64,000 bases of DNA from the human T2T-CHM13v2.0 reference genome, Homo sapiens. Made by a program: the position numbers and the translations under genes. The notes beneath the pieces are model-generated. The model did not search any database, had not been told where the DNA came from, and saw only the letters and a program-made list of their open reading frames with translations. Below, piece by piece: positions 1 to 13,484 of this stretch (its first letter is position 1; every line of letters begins with the position of its first letter). Where the stretch lies: the NCBI RefSeq assembly GCF_009914755.1, contig NC_060929.1, one strand, 5' to 3'.

Positions 1-243
1 AGCACAGATGATAGGTGGAGAAGACCTGTAAAGAACAACATTATAAGGAGAGAGGTTCTGAAGGGAACTTTCAACAGGGCTACAGCCTCCCAGTAGATCA
101 AAATAAAGAGTCTATTAGCATTGGCAATTAGGATCCCTTACCTCTTGGAGAAGTCATACAACGGTGAAATAGGAAGTGGAAAGAAATGCATCCAATTTAG
201 GGAGGGAAAAGGATGTAAGGAAGAATGAATCAGCAAGTAGCCC

Positions 244-453
244 TGCACCATCCAATATGGTAAACACTAGGTGAAAATATTTATGTTTTGAATATAAATT
301 AATTCAAAGTAAAAAATTAAAAATTAAGTTTCTCAGGTGCACTAGCCATTTACAAAGTACTCAGCCCCATGTGTCTGTCTAGCAGCTATTAAGTTGGACA
401 GTGCAGACATAGATTACATCCATTATTACAGAAAATTCTTTTGGACAGTGTTG
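244..453 (-). mobile_element. MER3-like hAT-Charlie DNA transposon remnant
   Basis: Matches recalled MER3 consensus motifs (tccaatatggta..cactag, AT-rich core, ttggacagtg at both internal and terminal positions); by eye. Confidence 0.65.
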
Positions 454-825
454 GAGCTTGTAAAGGAAGAGAGAAGATGGAAAAGCCTGAAGGATATGTT
501 ATGTTAGAGGAGAGTCTCTCCCCACCTCCACAACAACTCAAGCCCTAAGTGAGTGTATGTATAGCCTGTGAGTCAGATATGAGGTAAAGAAGTTGTATTT
601 ATTAATAAAAAAGAAAAGAGAGAAGACAGGAGAGGCTTTAGGGAATTCTGGAAGAATGGCATTCAGAACAGTGGAGTAGAGAGAGTTCTTTTTCCAAAGA
701 TACGCTAAAAGAGATGGAGAAGGTACAGATACAGCCTCCTTTGGCAAAGCCAGTAACCAATTAGCTGTAGTAGCCACAGTGACTTATTAAGAAAATAGAG
801 GGCTAGGAACCTAAAAGGGCTTTTT

Positions 826-1137
826 TTTAATTTTATTTTTTTTACTTATTTATTTTTTGAGACTGAGTCTCACTCTGTCTCCCGGGCTGGAGTGCAGTGG
901 CGTGATCTCAGCTCACTGCAAACTCTGCCTCTGGGGTTCAAGCAATTCTCGTGCCTCCGCCTCCTAAGTAGCTGGGATTACAGGTGCCCACCACCACACC
1001 TGGCTAATTTTTGTATTTTTAGTAGAGATGGGGTTTCACCACGTAGGCCAGGCTGTTCTCAAACTCCTGACCTCAAGTAATCCGCCCGCCTTGGCTTCCC
1101 AGTGCTGGCATTACAGGCATGAGCCACCGTGCCCAGT
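826..1137 (-). mobile_element. Alu (AluS-like), full length
   Basis: Reverse Alu dimer with T-rich tail; 16-bp TSD cctaaaagggcttttt at 810-825 and 1138-1153. Confidence 0.95.
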
Positions 1138-1920
1138 CCTAAAAGGGCTTTTTGTTTTCTATTACAAAAATCCAAATGTTTGACTAGGAAAAAGGAGCTG
1201 ATTTTTAAAATATTATATAAACCACAGGTTGAAGCAGATGCATGTTGCAATTAGTTTGTTTTTTCAGTCAGTAATTATAATAGCTATAATTTAGTGACAC
1301 CTACTTTATGATATGTACTGGACTGGGTATTTTAATATTAGCTGTCTTCTTTAAATCTACAAAGTAATTTCTAAAGGTTATTGTCACTATCTTTATTAAG
1401 TTAAGTAGAATTTACTTAAAGGCACAAAGTAGAATTATTTCTTAGGGGCACAGAAATAGGGTTTGATGTGTATTTGAATTGAGGAGTTGCCATACAGGGA
1501 AAGACCAGAGTGCTATAGGTGCACCCAGCAGAGACCCCTGAGTTGAATTGTCAAGAAAGGCTTTTTTGATGTGACACCTAAGATCTGAAAGTTGAGGAGC
1601 TAGTTTATTAGTGGGGAGGGAGTGGTCCAGGCAGAAGAAACAATATCTTCTTAGAGTTGATATTCAAGGAAATGAAAAGCCAATATGAGTGGAACATAAA
1701 CTGAAAAGAAAAAGGAAACATTGAGAGATGACACAGGGGTCAGGACCACCAACTTGCTTTATTTATGTTCTACTCCATCTGTTATATTCATTAGATGTAT
1801 TCTCTAAATAAACATCTTAATGTGACTAAGAAAATTGGTTAACATTTCAGGATTCCATATTATATCTAGTACACTAGAAGAGGAAAAAACTCTTTCTGGT
1901 TTGCACATAGGAATGTAAGA

Positions 1921-1938
1921 GACAGCCATCTAGTGGTC
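1921..1938 (-). promoter_or_regulatory. Candidate CTCF motif
   Basis: Minus strand reads gaCCACTAGATGGCtgtc, a close match to the CTCF core CCASYAGRKGGC; motif only. Confidence 0.4.
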
Positions 1939-2206
1939 TCTCTCTCATGTAACAAGATGTTTGTACAGATTCTGCTCTGAAACTTTATTCTGGCAAGGCC
2001 TGTGCAACTGTGTGCAGCCAAGCCTGTTGCATTATTTTAACAATTTTTGCTTTCCTAACCCAATAACAATTTTAAATGATAAATTCACATGAACTGGAGT
2101 GCTCTACCTTTGGTATTTTATCACAGCTTTTAGATTTCCTCTTACAAACCTGAATGACTATGCATAGTTCTGAACCTGTCTTCCTCCATCAAGATTACCC
2201 TAAACA

Positions 2207-2290
2207 CAGAGGTTGCAGTGAGCCAAGATTGTGCCACTGTACTCCAGCCTGAGCGAAAGAGAGAGACCCTGTCTCAATAACAATAATAGC
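2207..2290 (+). mobile_element. Alu 3' fragment
   Basis: gaggttgcagtgagccaagatt...gaccctgtctc followed by an (AAT)-type tail. Confidence 0.85.
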
Positions 2291-2316
2291 TTAAACATAT
2301 GGATTCAAGTTTTTAT

Positions 2317-2616
2317 TTAATTTTAATTTTTTTTGAGATGAGGTCTGTCTCTGTCACTCAGGCTGGAGTACCGTGGCGTGATCATAGCTCACTGCAGCCT
2401 TGAACTCCTGAGCTCAAGCAGTCCTCCCACTTTAGCCTCCCAAGTGGTGAGGACTATAATTGAATGCCACCACACCCAGCTAATTTTTTTATTTCTTAGA
2501 GAGATAGGGTCTCACTCTGTTGCCCAGGCTGGTCTCGAGCTCCTGGGCTCAAGCGATCCTCCTGCCTGGGCCTCCCAAAGTGCTGGGATTACAAATGTAA
2601 GCCTCCACTCCCAGCC
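2317..2616 (-). mobile_element. AluJ-like element
   Basis: Reverse Alu with J-type motifs (gctcaagcgatcctcc); TSD tcaagttttta on both sides. Confidence 0.9.
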
Positions 2617-4154
2617 TCAAGTTTTTAAATAATGGTTTATCTCTCCCTGAAATACTCTTGTATTTTATTTCCTAAATAAGACGTTTCATTGTACAAGCAT
2701 ATGAAACTATTTATATTTAATGTGTGGTACACGAGAATTTAGCAGTAATGAACTGTATTAATTTTTCTTCTGTGAGGCAGAATGCCACTGTGCCCTAACA
2801 GATTTGGTTGACTTATAATTTGCTTTGTTTATTTTACTGAGATTGGCCCTATTACTTGGTAATTATTTTCTGATTGAAGATTTCACCTGGGATAAGCTGA
2901 TTTCACTGGCAAGAATTGAAAACCTACTTTGAAACATTAAACCAAGACTATTTGTAAACATGACAGAATCTCTTAGCATCATTTTGGAAAGACTTCATCT
3001 CCCCTTGCACCACTTTCTTAATAATATATTCTTCAGTGAAATACATCATGGCTAAACCAGTTATCATTTTCATTTCCTAATGGTCATGAAAAGAGATTTT
3101 ATAAATGTTTTCTAATTGTGCTGTAAATGTAATTAAAACGTAAGCAACAGGACTCCATAGTCGTAAGTAATTTCATCATTAGCAGCACCTAGTATAGGAT
3201 GAGGAAAAGGAAGAACTGGTGGTTGCCCTTGGGTTTGGTGTAGGAGAGCAGATTTGTGTTTTCATTGAGAATATGTTTACCATTCACACAGTTGATATAA
3301 ATGGATTTGAAGTCATCGTGGAAATGATGAGGGTTAAAATACTTCATGAACTTTCTGTAGTCATATTTTGTATATGTGATAATATTTTACAAATAATTTG
3401 CTTTCATAGAATTGGAGTCTCATACCCAAGTTTACTCCTTAATACAGGAAGGCATAGAATGCATTTTAGTGATGAATCACCCTAATGATATCAGTTTATT
3501 AAAATCTTTTCCTTTGTTTGAAGCTGATTTAAAAGTATCCTTTGCTCAAAAAATTATTTTTCTCACTTGCTCATTTTTTGTTTAAGAGGAACAACTAGAG
3601 CTTACAGTAGCACTGCTAACAAAATAATAATAAAATTTAGGTTTCCCAGTTGTCAAATGGATACGTATTTACTTGTGTTTTACAGGAAATGTATATTTCC
3701 TGCTCAAGAAATGTATATTTCATTTCTTGTGGCTTGCACTTCAATAGGTTTTAAAGGACAACTGCAAAGAGTTTCTTGTGCAGATAGCTGTTATCTAATG
3801 TAGCTATTGATGATATTTTATTTTAGAAATCTGATGAGCTCTTAATTTCCGTATCAATTAAACTATACTTTGAAAACCATTTATTGAAATGTGCCATGCA
3901 ATTACATAAGCATTATTTTTTCTACTAATATGTCAATAGATGTTATACATAAAGAAATAGATGATATATGAAATAAAGTATTTCATCGGTCTAGGAATTT
4001 TTCTTTTTTTTCCTCCTATGCTTAAAAGTCTGAGTGCAAACTTCTCTCTTATTTATTATGAGAAATGAGTAGATATTTTTTAAAGCACCAAATTTTGTAA
4101 ATTTTGCAATCTTATCTACCCTCCACGCCCTTATCTCTTCTCTTTTTTCCACAG

Positions 4155-4475
4155 GTGATTTCTATTCACTACTTTCCAAGCTGCTAGGAGAAAGGGAAGA
4201 TGTTGTTCATGTGCACAAATATAATCCTACAGAAAAGGCAGAATCAGAGTCAGACCTGGTAGCTGAGATTGCAAATGTAGTCCAAAAAAAGGATCTTGGT
4301 CGATCTGATGCCAGAGAGGGTGCAGAACATGAGAGGGGTAATGCTATTCTTGTCAGAGACAGAATTCACAAATTCCACAGACTAGTATCTACCTTGAGGC
4401 CACCAGAGAGCAGAGTTTTCTCATTACAGCAGCCCCCACCTGGTGAAGGCACCTGGGAACCAGAACACACAGGAG
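4155..4475 (+). CDS. PAM: PAM exon A (optional 321-nt PHM-PAL linker, GDFYSLLSKLLGERE...EPEHTG)
   Basis: Acceptor ttccacag|, donor G|gtgcgt; 107 codons with symmetric phase; contains the QKKD dibasic site; matches recalled human PAM. Confidence 0.97.
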
Positions 4476-7400
4476 GTGCGTGTAGGGTTTCTTTTAAGCA
4501 ATAAAGTGTGAAATGCTACAATCCACGTTAGCAAAACCTGAAGGGAATAAGAATTAATGGGTGAAAAAATTCATCAATGAAAAGGACTTATCATTAGAAA
4601 AAAATTACTCAGATTTGGGCTATCAGATAACATCTTTGAAGATTTTTTTTTGTTTTGGTTTTGGTCTATTACTGCATAAATTTAGTGTCTGTTCTATTGG
4701 TGAGCCAGAACTACAAGGACCAAAAAATATTTGGATCATTTGGGGAAAGGAGGCATATGAAATTCAGGATAAAAATTCTTACAATTGAATATTTTTCATT
4801 TTGCTCAATGGAAATACATTGAAAATTTAAAACCTGATATGTAAAGTCCCAGTTTAAGAAATGCTCATATACTGTCTCCTTGTAAGGTAATTAAATTCCT
4901 CTCAAATGAATCTTACACTTTCAACATTCTCATCCAGTTGACTTGTAAAATATAACCATTTTTATGATTTTGATTTCTTAAGTTTCATTATAAATTACAA
5001 TCTTAATTGGAAAGTTGAGTATTTCTGAAGGGACCTCTACTAAGTCAATAACTATCAGATTTATCTTTATTTCTAGCCCAAATAGGCTTCCATAAGTAGA
5101 GGAAAATACCTTATTCCCTTCAGGTTTCCGTACCAGCAAGCTATGGATGCCTCATCTTTGTCTTTAATTGTGTTGTGGCCTCTGTGATATTGATTGCGTT
5201 TCATGTTACTTGCTAATGTGGAAAGCCAGATAATACAGCATGTGGAGATAATCTCCAAAAAAGTAACGGATATGCGTGCATGGCAGCTGTCCATGTGTGG
5301 GTTGGAATGGCACAGGCTGCCAGCTTGATGTTTTCAAATTCAGCTTTGTAGGAGGCCATAAATTATTCAACACCCAGCTGATTTTTATTTATAATTGAAA
5401 AAAAATTAGCATGCAGTGCCTTTTGTTCACATGAGAGTTTCAAAGCATAGTCCATTGGTACTGGCCTAATGGTTTCTGTGAGATGTTAACTGGAACCTGG
5501 ATTTTTAACTTTTCATGTTTAAACAGGATCAGCCCTGCTCTAACTCATTCTGGATTTGACAAATAAAACTATGTTTCTCATGAGGTGGTCCCTGGACCTC
5601 CTTGCCTCAGAATCACCTAGGATGCGTAAGAAAAATTTAGACCCTGAATCCTATCAAAGAACAACTGAATCAGCATTTCTGAGTATGATGCCTAGAAATT
5701 TGCAGTTTATCATGCCCCTATCCATTTCAAAACACACAGGAATGTCTGCCTGAACTTATATTTTAAGGACAGTGAATTGTAACCCAGACAACATGGAAAT
5801 ATAAAAGGGAAAAGAGCCTCTTTGGTGGGAATACAATTGTGTTCATGTGTGAAATGTGAGTTGCAGCATGCTTTATTTATTCCATGACTTGTCTTTGTTA
5901 TTCTTAGATTTGAAATGATATCATGGTCATTTGTAGGCATCAAGAGTGTCAGTGTCCCAGTCAGAATTTGACTTAAGATATTGCATTTCTGAAACTTACT
6001 CAGTTTTTCTACGAAATAAATCCTTAAAATACCCAAGTGCATGTACTTGGCAAATATCCTCATACTTTCCAAAGTGGTCAAATGGTAGTGCTCAAGAGAA
6101 AAATGCTTCTCTAGTATCTGTTTAGGGAAATTTCCTTCCTGTGAATGTCACTGACGTGAATAACATGAGTCATAGAAACATACAGCACAACTGCAAATTA
6201 ATAAAGGAACATGTATTTCCTTTCTAAAATAATTTAATGTTATTTCCCTACTCTAATTACAAAAACTTTTAAAAAATAAAATGCAAAACAGAAAAACTCA
6301 TATTTAGGTAAGCTGTTTCTAAAAGGCTTTTTCTTAATTCTCTTTCACCATTTACTGTAATGCAGTGTAATATCTAACTTTAATCGATGCTGTTTCATTC
6401 CTTTGGGTAAGCCAGAGGAAAACCTATCCTCAGGAAGCTTCCATTTTGTAAAAAAAAAAAGTAGGAAGTTATTAGCATATAAGGCCCTAATAAAACTTAT
6501 TAGTAATCTAATTAATGTCTAGTCCTCAGGGTATAGTCAAAGAGAATAAATTTGATGGATAATTTTCCATTGTTTCTTTCATACCCTTCTCCAGGCAAAG
6601 CTGAGAATGAGCCTAATGGTCGGAGGAATTAACTGTTTCCCTAAGTGCCTAATTTACTATAAGGAATTGTATTTGCTGCATAGAAGAAAGTAACTTTTTA
6701 TATGAGATTATTATAAAAACAAAAATGTCAGGCTGGTCTGTTGCTTAATATTATAGCTCATACTTATTTCAGATATCTTTGACATCTCTTGTTAATTTTC
6801 AAATAAAGAAGCTGAAGCCAGAAGTTAACCTGTTTGAATGAGGTCACAGATCTAAATCTGAAACTTGGACTTTATTATTTCCAATGTGCATCTTCTAGTT
6901 TCTTACATTTCAATACAGTTGTGCTCAATCAAAGAGATCCTAATGAGCTTGCCCAATTAAGATAAACTTCCCAAGAACACTGGACCCTCACTGCTTAGAA
7001 GATGGAGATTTCTATTCAGAACCCTGATCTGATGTCCCCAGTTGTTGACACCAGCATAATCTAATACAATGGTGTTTTCTGCAGCAGTATTTTAGATTTC
7101 ATCAGTTGGTCTATATGTTGGAACTGTAATATGATGATGAAGCCCATCCAGTTGACCTGAGGGTTCAAAGGTGAAATTAATAGATCAGCTCAAAAATGTG
7201 GGTGTGACTATATGGTAGGCCTAGGAACACCTGAGGGTTTCAAAAACCATACTATTTTCTGAACCTTTAGTTTGGTCAGGATTCCACTTGTTTTCCACCC
7301 TGGCATCTGCCTTTAAAACTGGGTTCTCCACCTCGTTACGGGTTGGATATCAGTGGTCACCAAGCTACATGAAGAAGACAATAGAATGATATCTTCTGAC

Positions 7401-7678
7401 TTAGCCCAGCTGAGAAAGTCCTTATCGTTCCCCAGAACAAGACGGTTAAATACTGTGTCTTATTGTATCTCTAGGAGTACAAATATCTGCGAATAGCATT
7501 TTTTTTAGGTTTTATCTTCATGACTTTTGGTGAAGATCTGAAAACTCTGAACAATTGTGAAAACAGCATTAGCAACAGAAACTTCCTGGACAAGTTCAGA
7601 TACACTAGACCAGAGGTTTTCAAACTGTTGTTTGAAAGGAGACCCATCAAGTAGGAGGTAATAGTCACAGGCTTCCCA

Positions 7679-7694
7679 ACACACACATGCATGT

Positions 7695-7727
<33 letters not shown>
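7679..7727. repeat. (CA)n microsatellite
   Basis: Interrupted then pure CA run. Confidence 0.95.
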
Positions 7728-7731
<4 letters not shown>

Positions 7732-7789
7732 ACAGCTTCCCCAAAAGCAGTTCTGTATGTGGCCAAAATCAAATTTGGAAACTACTTCA

Positions 7790-8060
7790 TGGAGTCAGTA
7801 TAATGTAGAATATTGCAAGTCCAGGTACCCGACTGCCTGGTGGCTTTGAATTCCAGCTATACAGTTTTCTATGTGGTCTCTATGCAAGTATAAAAAAATT
7901 CACTGGGCTTTAGTTTTCTCATCTATAAAATGAGATTATAATAGTATACTCCTCGCAGAGTTCAAGTGAGGGTCAAATGATATTATACATGCAAAGTGCT
8001 TTGAATAGTGTCGGCATGCAGAAAGCATTTGAAAATGTTATAGTACATTAACAATTGTGA
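7790..8060 (+). mobile_element. MIR
   Basis: MIR core agttttctcatctataaaatgag...ataatagta; edges approximate. Confidence 0.7.
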
Positions 8061-9057
8061 CTATTATTGCTACCATTACTGTCATGTTATGTTAGATTGA
8101 GATTTTTAAAAATGAAATACCAAAGTATAAATATTGATTATTTGATCTTAAGCAGCATTTGTGAGACAGAGAATTTTCTTGCAGTATGCAGGAAAGCAGC
8201 AAAATTTGGCACTCTAAGTTGATAAGTTAAGAAAAAAGTGACTTGGCAGTGTTTTATCACAATGGGAACTTGTGGCTCTTCAAACATCTGATCACATACA
8301 TTGATCTACCTTGATATTTGCATGTGATATATGACATACAGTGTGAAAATGCTAACCTCAATAAACTAAGAAGCAGATGCACTTCTTTTTAAACTTAGTA
8401 TAGTTTAGTTTCTATCATTAATAGTTTAGATAGAGATAGCATTAATAGAGTAGAAACAAAATCTTAGGTATCTTTATTCTAGTTGCCCTCTGGAAACTAG
8501 ACTCATTGAACATTTAAAAAGTAGAACTAACTATTCTAGTGGCAGATTTTATTGGACTACCACATACTTGCATGTGGAAGCCTGATTCAGTCTGTATTAC
8601 AAACCTCTGGATGTGAGAAAATACACCTGTATTTGTGTGACAATTCTGATCAGATAAGAGGATTCAGAAGGTGTTCAATTATTCTTATGATACATTTAGT
8701 TTTTTCTTCATTTCTATGAACAACTTATACTTAATTTCAGAGTCCATTCTTATATTTCAGCCATAGTCTTACCTCTAGGTTCAAGTCTTGCAGAATTTTC
8801 AGGGTAAAATAAACCATTCAGTTGGCTGAATTTTGATCTCTGAGGGGAGGAGAATGGTTAAAAAAAAAAAAACACCTATACATAGCACTTACTTTGAGCC
8901 AAGCTTAGTGTTTTAGATGCATTGATTCATTAGAAAGGAAGAAAGTGATGAAAGGTTAAGTCACGTATCCGAAATTCCACAGCTCAAGAAACCAAGATGC
9001 AAAGCCAGGCAGACTTGCTCCCAAGTCTTGCTTCTTAATCACTCTGTTATTCTGCAT

Positions 9058-9091
<34 letters not shown>

Positions 9092-9108
9092 CACATACAC
9101 ACAAACAC
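9058..9108. repeat. (CA)n microsatellite
   Basis: CA run seen directly. Confidence 0.95.
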
Positions 9109-12100
9109 CCTAGATATACAAATAGGAAGATGATTTTTTCTAGTCATCTGATTATCTCAGGCTACAATTGTAATAACTATAGGTATTATAGGTGTATTGG
9201 TCATGGTTTCCTGATTAGTATTCAGCCAGTTTGACCAATATGAAAATCTCATTTGCAATTAAAGAAATTTTAAAAAGGAAAAGAATACTGCTAATGCTTT
9301 TGAGCCCCTATTTATATGGTAAATCTCTTCCTCACTTCACTCCCATTAAATGAAGCATTATAATTAATTCTTGTTTTCTTTCTTACTTTGGTATAAATAT
9401 TTCTACAATAGTTTTAGTTAATTATAGTTATTGCTGGCATTTCTGATGAATAACAATCCCTGACCAAAATAAGACATCCTTTTCTCAAAAGATGAAAATT
9501 TACAAGTACAGAAAAAGCAAGCACCATATTTTGTTTTTGTTGAAGTCTTCTAGTGATTTTTTTCAGTTCTATTTCTTAAAATTAAATGTGAAGAGCCTTG
9601 TTACACTGAAATTAATTCATAGTTCTGGGTTTGAATTTTTTCCTCAACTTTAGGTCTGTTAGTCTTTAGGTAACACAGATAAATGAATGCCCTTTCAAAT
9701 ACTTATTAATAATTTCATGTGAATGCAACAGTGATCACTAATATTAATCTCTTTCTGGAAAAGTATAATTTATTAATCTTTTTCATGATTAATTGATGCA
9801 ATTTTAATAGCAGTATTTAATTTTTTTCTAAAAGTAGTAATTTCTTTTTCTGAATATATGGCAGGATATGCGGCTGTACATTAACCTTTATTTATAATAA
9901 ATGTAAGGACGTAAGGATTCTTTATAGAATAATATAATTTATTTATCATAAAAAGTGTTATATGTCATTGGAAAAATATTTTAAGATTTCAGGGGTTCTT
10001 TCAACTTTTTAATCATCTTTTAGAAACAAAAACAAATTTGTATCAAAGCTACTAGGATCAATAGGTAATGTATATTTACCTTATTTTTCTAAAAGTATTG
10101 TTTCCAGTAATATGTTCTCAACATGTTCTCAACTCCAGATTTTAAAAACAAGCAATCAAGCTTGAAATAATTCTATCATTTGCTATCTGAATTTAGAGCA
10201 ACTGACAAAGTTGGGAATGACTTGCCCAAGGTCATGGGTAAGAAATTTGTATTTAATTTTTAGGCTAACACTGGAAATCTGTAGCATTAACTAGTCATGT
10301 ATTGAATCATTTCTTAAATAATAACCAAGAGAAATCTGAACTAGAATTTTTAACTTCTCTATCATCAAAAGTGTTTAAGGTAGAACTCAAATATATTTTA
10401 TCATATAATTTCTTTAATAAGGATTTTAAATTGTTCTTAATTGGGGATTAGAAAATAATTATCCCTGAAATTGAGGCCTAAAGTCTGGCTCAAGGCTGAA
10501 GTTCCTTTCCTGTCAAATGAAGACAGTTATGTGGAATAATTCCGATACAGTTCTAGCATTCTCTGATTCTCATGTCGTGATGAGCAGGAATTGGAACAAT
10601 AATCAATATTAATTCCACTTACATACACACTAGTCCTAAATCAATGCCTTTATTCTTGATCATTTCATCGTATAGGGAATAGCCTTTAACTACCTGATAA
10701 TTAAAAATATGGTGACACTGGAAGCAAAAGTATTAATTAACTTAGCTAATATTCACAGAAAAAAACCATGAAGTTTTTCTTTAACTATCCTAGAATTTCT
10801 GGTTAATAAAGAGACTCAGATCCTGAAAGTTTTGAACACTTGGCTAAGTAATGTAAGTGTGCAAAGACAATTTAAAATAAAATAACAATAATGTAATATA
10901 ATTTTTCCAAACATTCAGTACTAAAAGAACCAGGTTGCTCATGGTGTTAGACTTCATACATTTTTTTACACATCATCTTTACTGTTTTGAAAATTCACTA
11001 AAGGTGTATATTTTCATAAATATGTTCTAGATATTTACATTAATTTTCCTTCTTGAAAATTTCCAGCCTACAGGGGTTCTAATATGTGACAAATGAGTGT
11101 TTTTGTAATTGGTGAAGATAGGCTCAAAACAACCTATGCGTCCATATTTTTTTGCAGACTTCCAAGCACTTACCAGTTTAAGGGCATATGATAGTTGAGA
11201 TCATTCATAGCCAGATTAAAGTTCTTTAAACAGTATTTCCAATATTTTATGAAATTCATATTTGGCCCCAAAATAATGCAATTTTTTAGACGTTGCATAT
11301 TTTCTGTAAGAATAGTAACTCTGCATCTTCATGGGCACTTAGCTCCCAGTACCTAGTTGGTAGGCCACTGAATAGAAAGGTTCCAGAAGCCATTATATGT
11401 GTTTATTGTCTTTATTGATAGTAATCAGCCAATTAACATTTTCATTGAGTATTCTCATAGTATCTTCAGCATTCTGCTATGGGTGAAAAGGTAGTACAGA
11501 TGAATTATAAGGTTGTAGGGGAGTTTGAATGCTAATTGATACCATAAACAAGTAGAGACTAAAACATAGACTTTAATGCATTTATGAGGCCATACAGTAA
11601 GTAGGCCAGGCCCTGTGTGACAGTTGGTGACAAAACCATGAATAAGGGATGATCCTTGCCCTTGAAGAATTCTGTCTAGTTGTAGCAGTTCTGAGCTCTG
11701 AGAACGTGATGAAAGCAATTAAATATCTGCATTGTCATGAGCTTTGAGTTCCCCTTGGAGCCCATCTAGAAGTTTCAGGAGTGGTGAATGAGTACCGAAT
11801 TTTGACAACTACATGAGAGAAGAATGAATGAAGTGCAATCTGAGATTCAAGCAACTTTGAAATCATTTTAAACATTTGGTGGGGGAATGACTTATCCATC
11901 TGTTGATTTATCTAGTCATTTCTAAATCTAATGCCTATACTCTGTTTCCAGAGTTCACTTTCAAAAATACAGCATTAATCATGTCACCCCATGTTTTAAA
12001 TTTCCCATGGACATACACCATCAGAGAGCCTGAAGACAGTTCCTCCCCACCCAGCACTGCCCCTGCCAGTGCCTGCCCACATCATTGAGGCCTGGGTACC

Positions 12101-13186
12101 AACCCAGCCTGCCGGAGTCCAGACACATTGTCCAGGGATCTGAGGATTCACCCGCCCTGTCTACCACCACTGGTGTCTGTGCACTCCTCCCAGGGGTCTA
12201 AGGATGGGTCTGTCAAGCCTGCCATCACCACTGCTGCCAGCACCCACCTGCATGAGCCACAGGGGGGCCTGAGGACTGGTCCTTCCAGCCCACTACCACC
12301 ACTGCTGGTGTCCATGTGTATGACTTGGGGATCCGAGGATAGGTTCAGTGCTGATACTGCCTTTACTAATGCCATGCATGCCACCCCTGGGCCCAAGGAC
12401 CTAACTGCCCATCCAGCCCACCACTGCCACTGCCAGAACCTGAGTAAGCTGCCTGGACCTGCTACCACTGATACCTGCCTACACCACCTAGGGGCCTAAA
12501 GCCTGTCATGCTCAGCTCACTGTTGCCACCAGTGGGGCCCAAGGATCAACCCACCTTGTGTCCTTGTCCTCAGCAAAGCCTCCTTAGCTTCTGCTAAAAA
12601 CTGCAGCCTAAGCTGCTGAGGAACTCAGAGACACCACTGATGCTGATTATAGCCAAAGAAATCATACAGAGACTACTGTGTCCACTTAGAAGTAAAACCA
12701 AACCACCCTATTCAACCAACACTATAGTTCATCTATAAAGAAAAACATTTTTCCTTATGAAACCCAATCTATAAAACTGGAAGAAGCAACTGTTATACCA
12801 CATATAGAGGTATCAATGTAAGGACACAAGAAACATGAAAAGGAAACATACCTCTAATGGAACACAATAATTCTTCAGCAACAGACTCAACAAAAAAGAA
12901 ATCTATGAAATTCCTGAAAAAGAATTCAACATAATGATATTAAAGAAGCTCAGTAAAATAGAAGAGAACACAGATAAACAATACAAATAATTCAGAAAAA
13001 CAGTTTATGATCTGAATGAGAAATTTGACAAAGAGATATTATAAAAAAGAGTGAAACAGAAATCCTGGAACTGAAGAATTTAATCAAATGAAATAAAAAA
13101 TACAGTTGAGAGCTTCAACAATAGACTAGATCAAGCAGAAGGAAGAATTTCTGAATATGAAGACATCTTTTAAAATAACCCGGTAA

Positions 13187-13484
13187 GGCCAGGCATGGTG
13201 GCTTATGCCTGTAATCCCACAGTTTGGGAGGCTGAGGCGGGTAGATTGCTTGAGGCCAGGAGTTTGAGACCAGCTGGCCAACATGGCAAAACCCCATGTC
13301 TACTAAAAATAATAAAAATAAAACTAGCCAGACGGGGTGGCGTGTGCGTATAATTCCAGCTACTCGGGAGGCTGAGGCATAAGAATCACTTGAACCCAGG
13401 AGGTGGAGATTGCAGTGAGCCAAGATAGCACCACTGCACTCCATCCTGGATGACAGAGTGAGACTGTCCAAAAAAAAAAAAAAA
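13187..13484 (+). mobile_element. Alu (AluS-like) inserted in L1
   Basis: ggccaggcatggtggct...gactgtcc followed by poly(A). Confidence 0.95.

Noticed and set aside
892-1080. ORFs within Alu elements (also 2378, 13115, 35814, 42666, 42806)
   Set aside because: Typical Alu translation products with no gene structure
7471-9234. CVCVCV / HTHTHT ORFs
   Set aside because: Translation of (CA)n microsatellites
12128-12499. GC-rich 123-aa and 106-aa overlapping ORFs that might be a hidden gene
   Set aside because: Lie in the repetitive 5' region of the old L1
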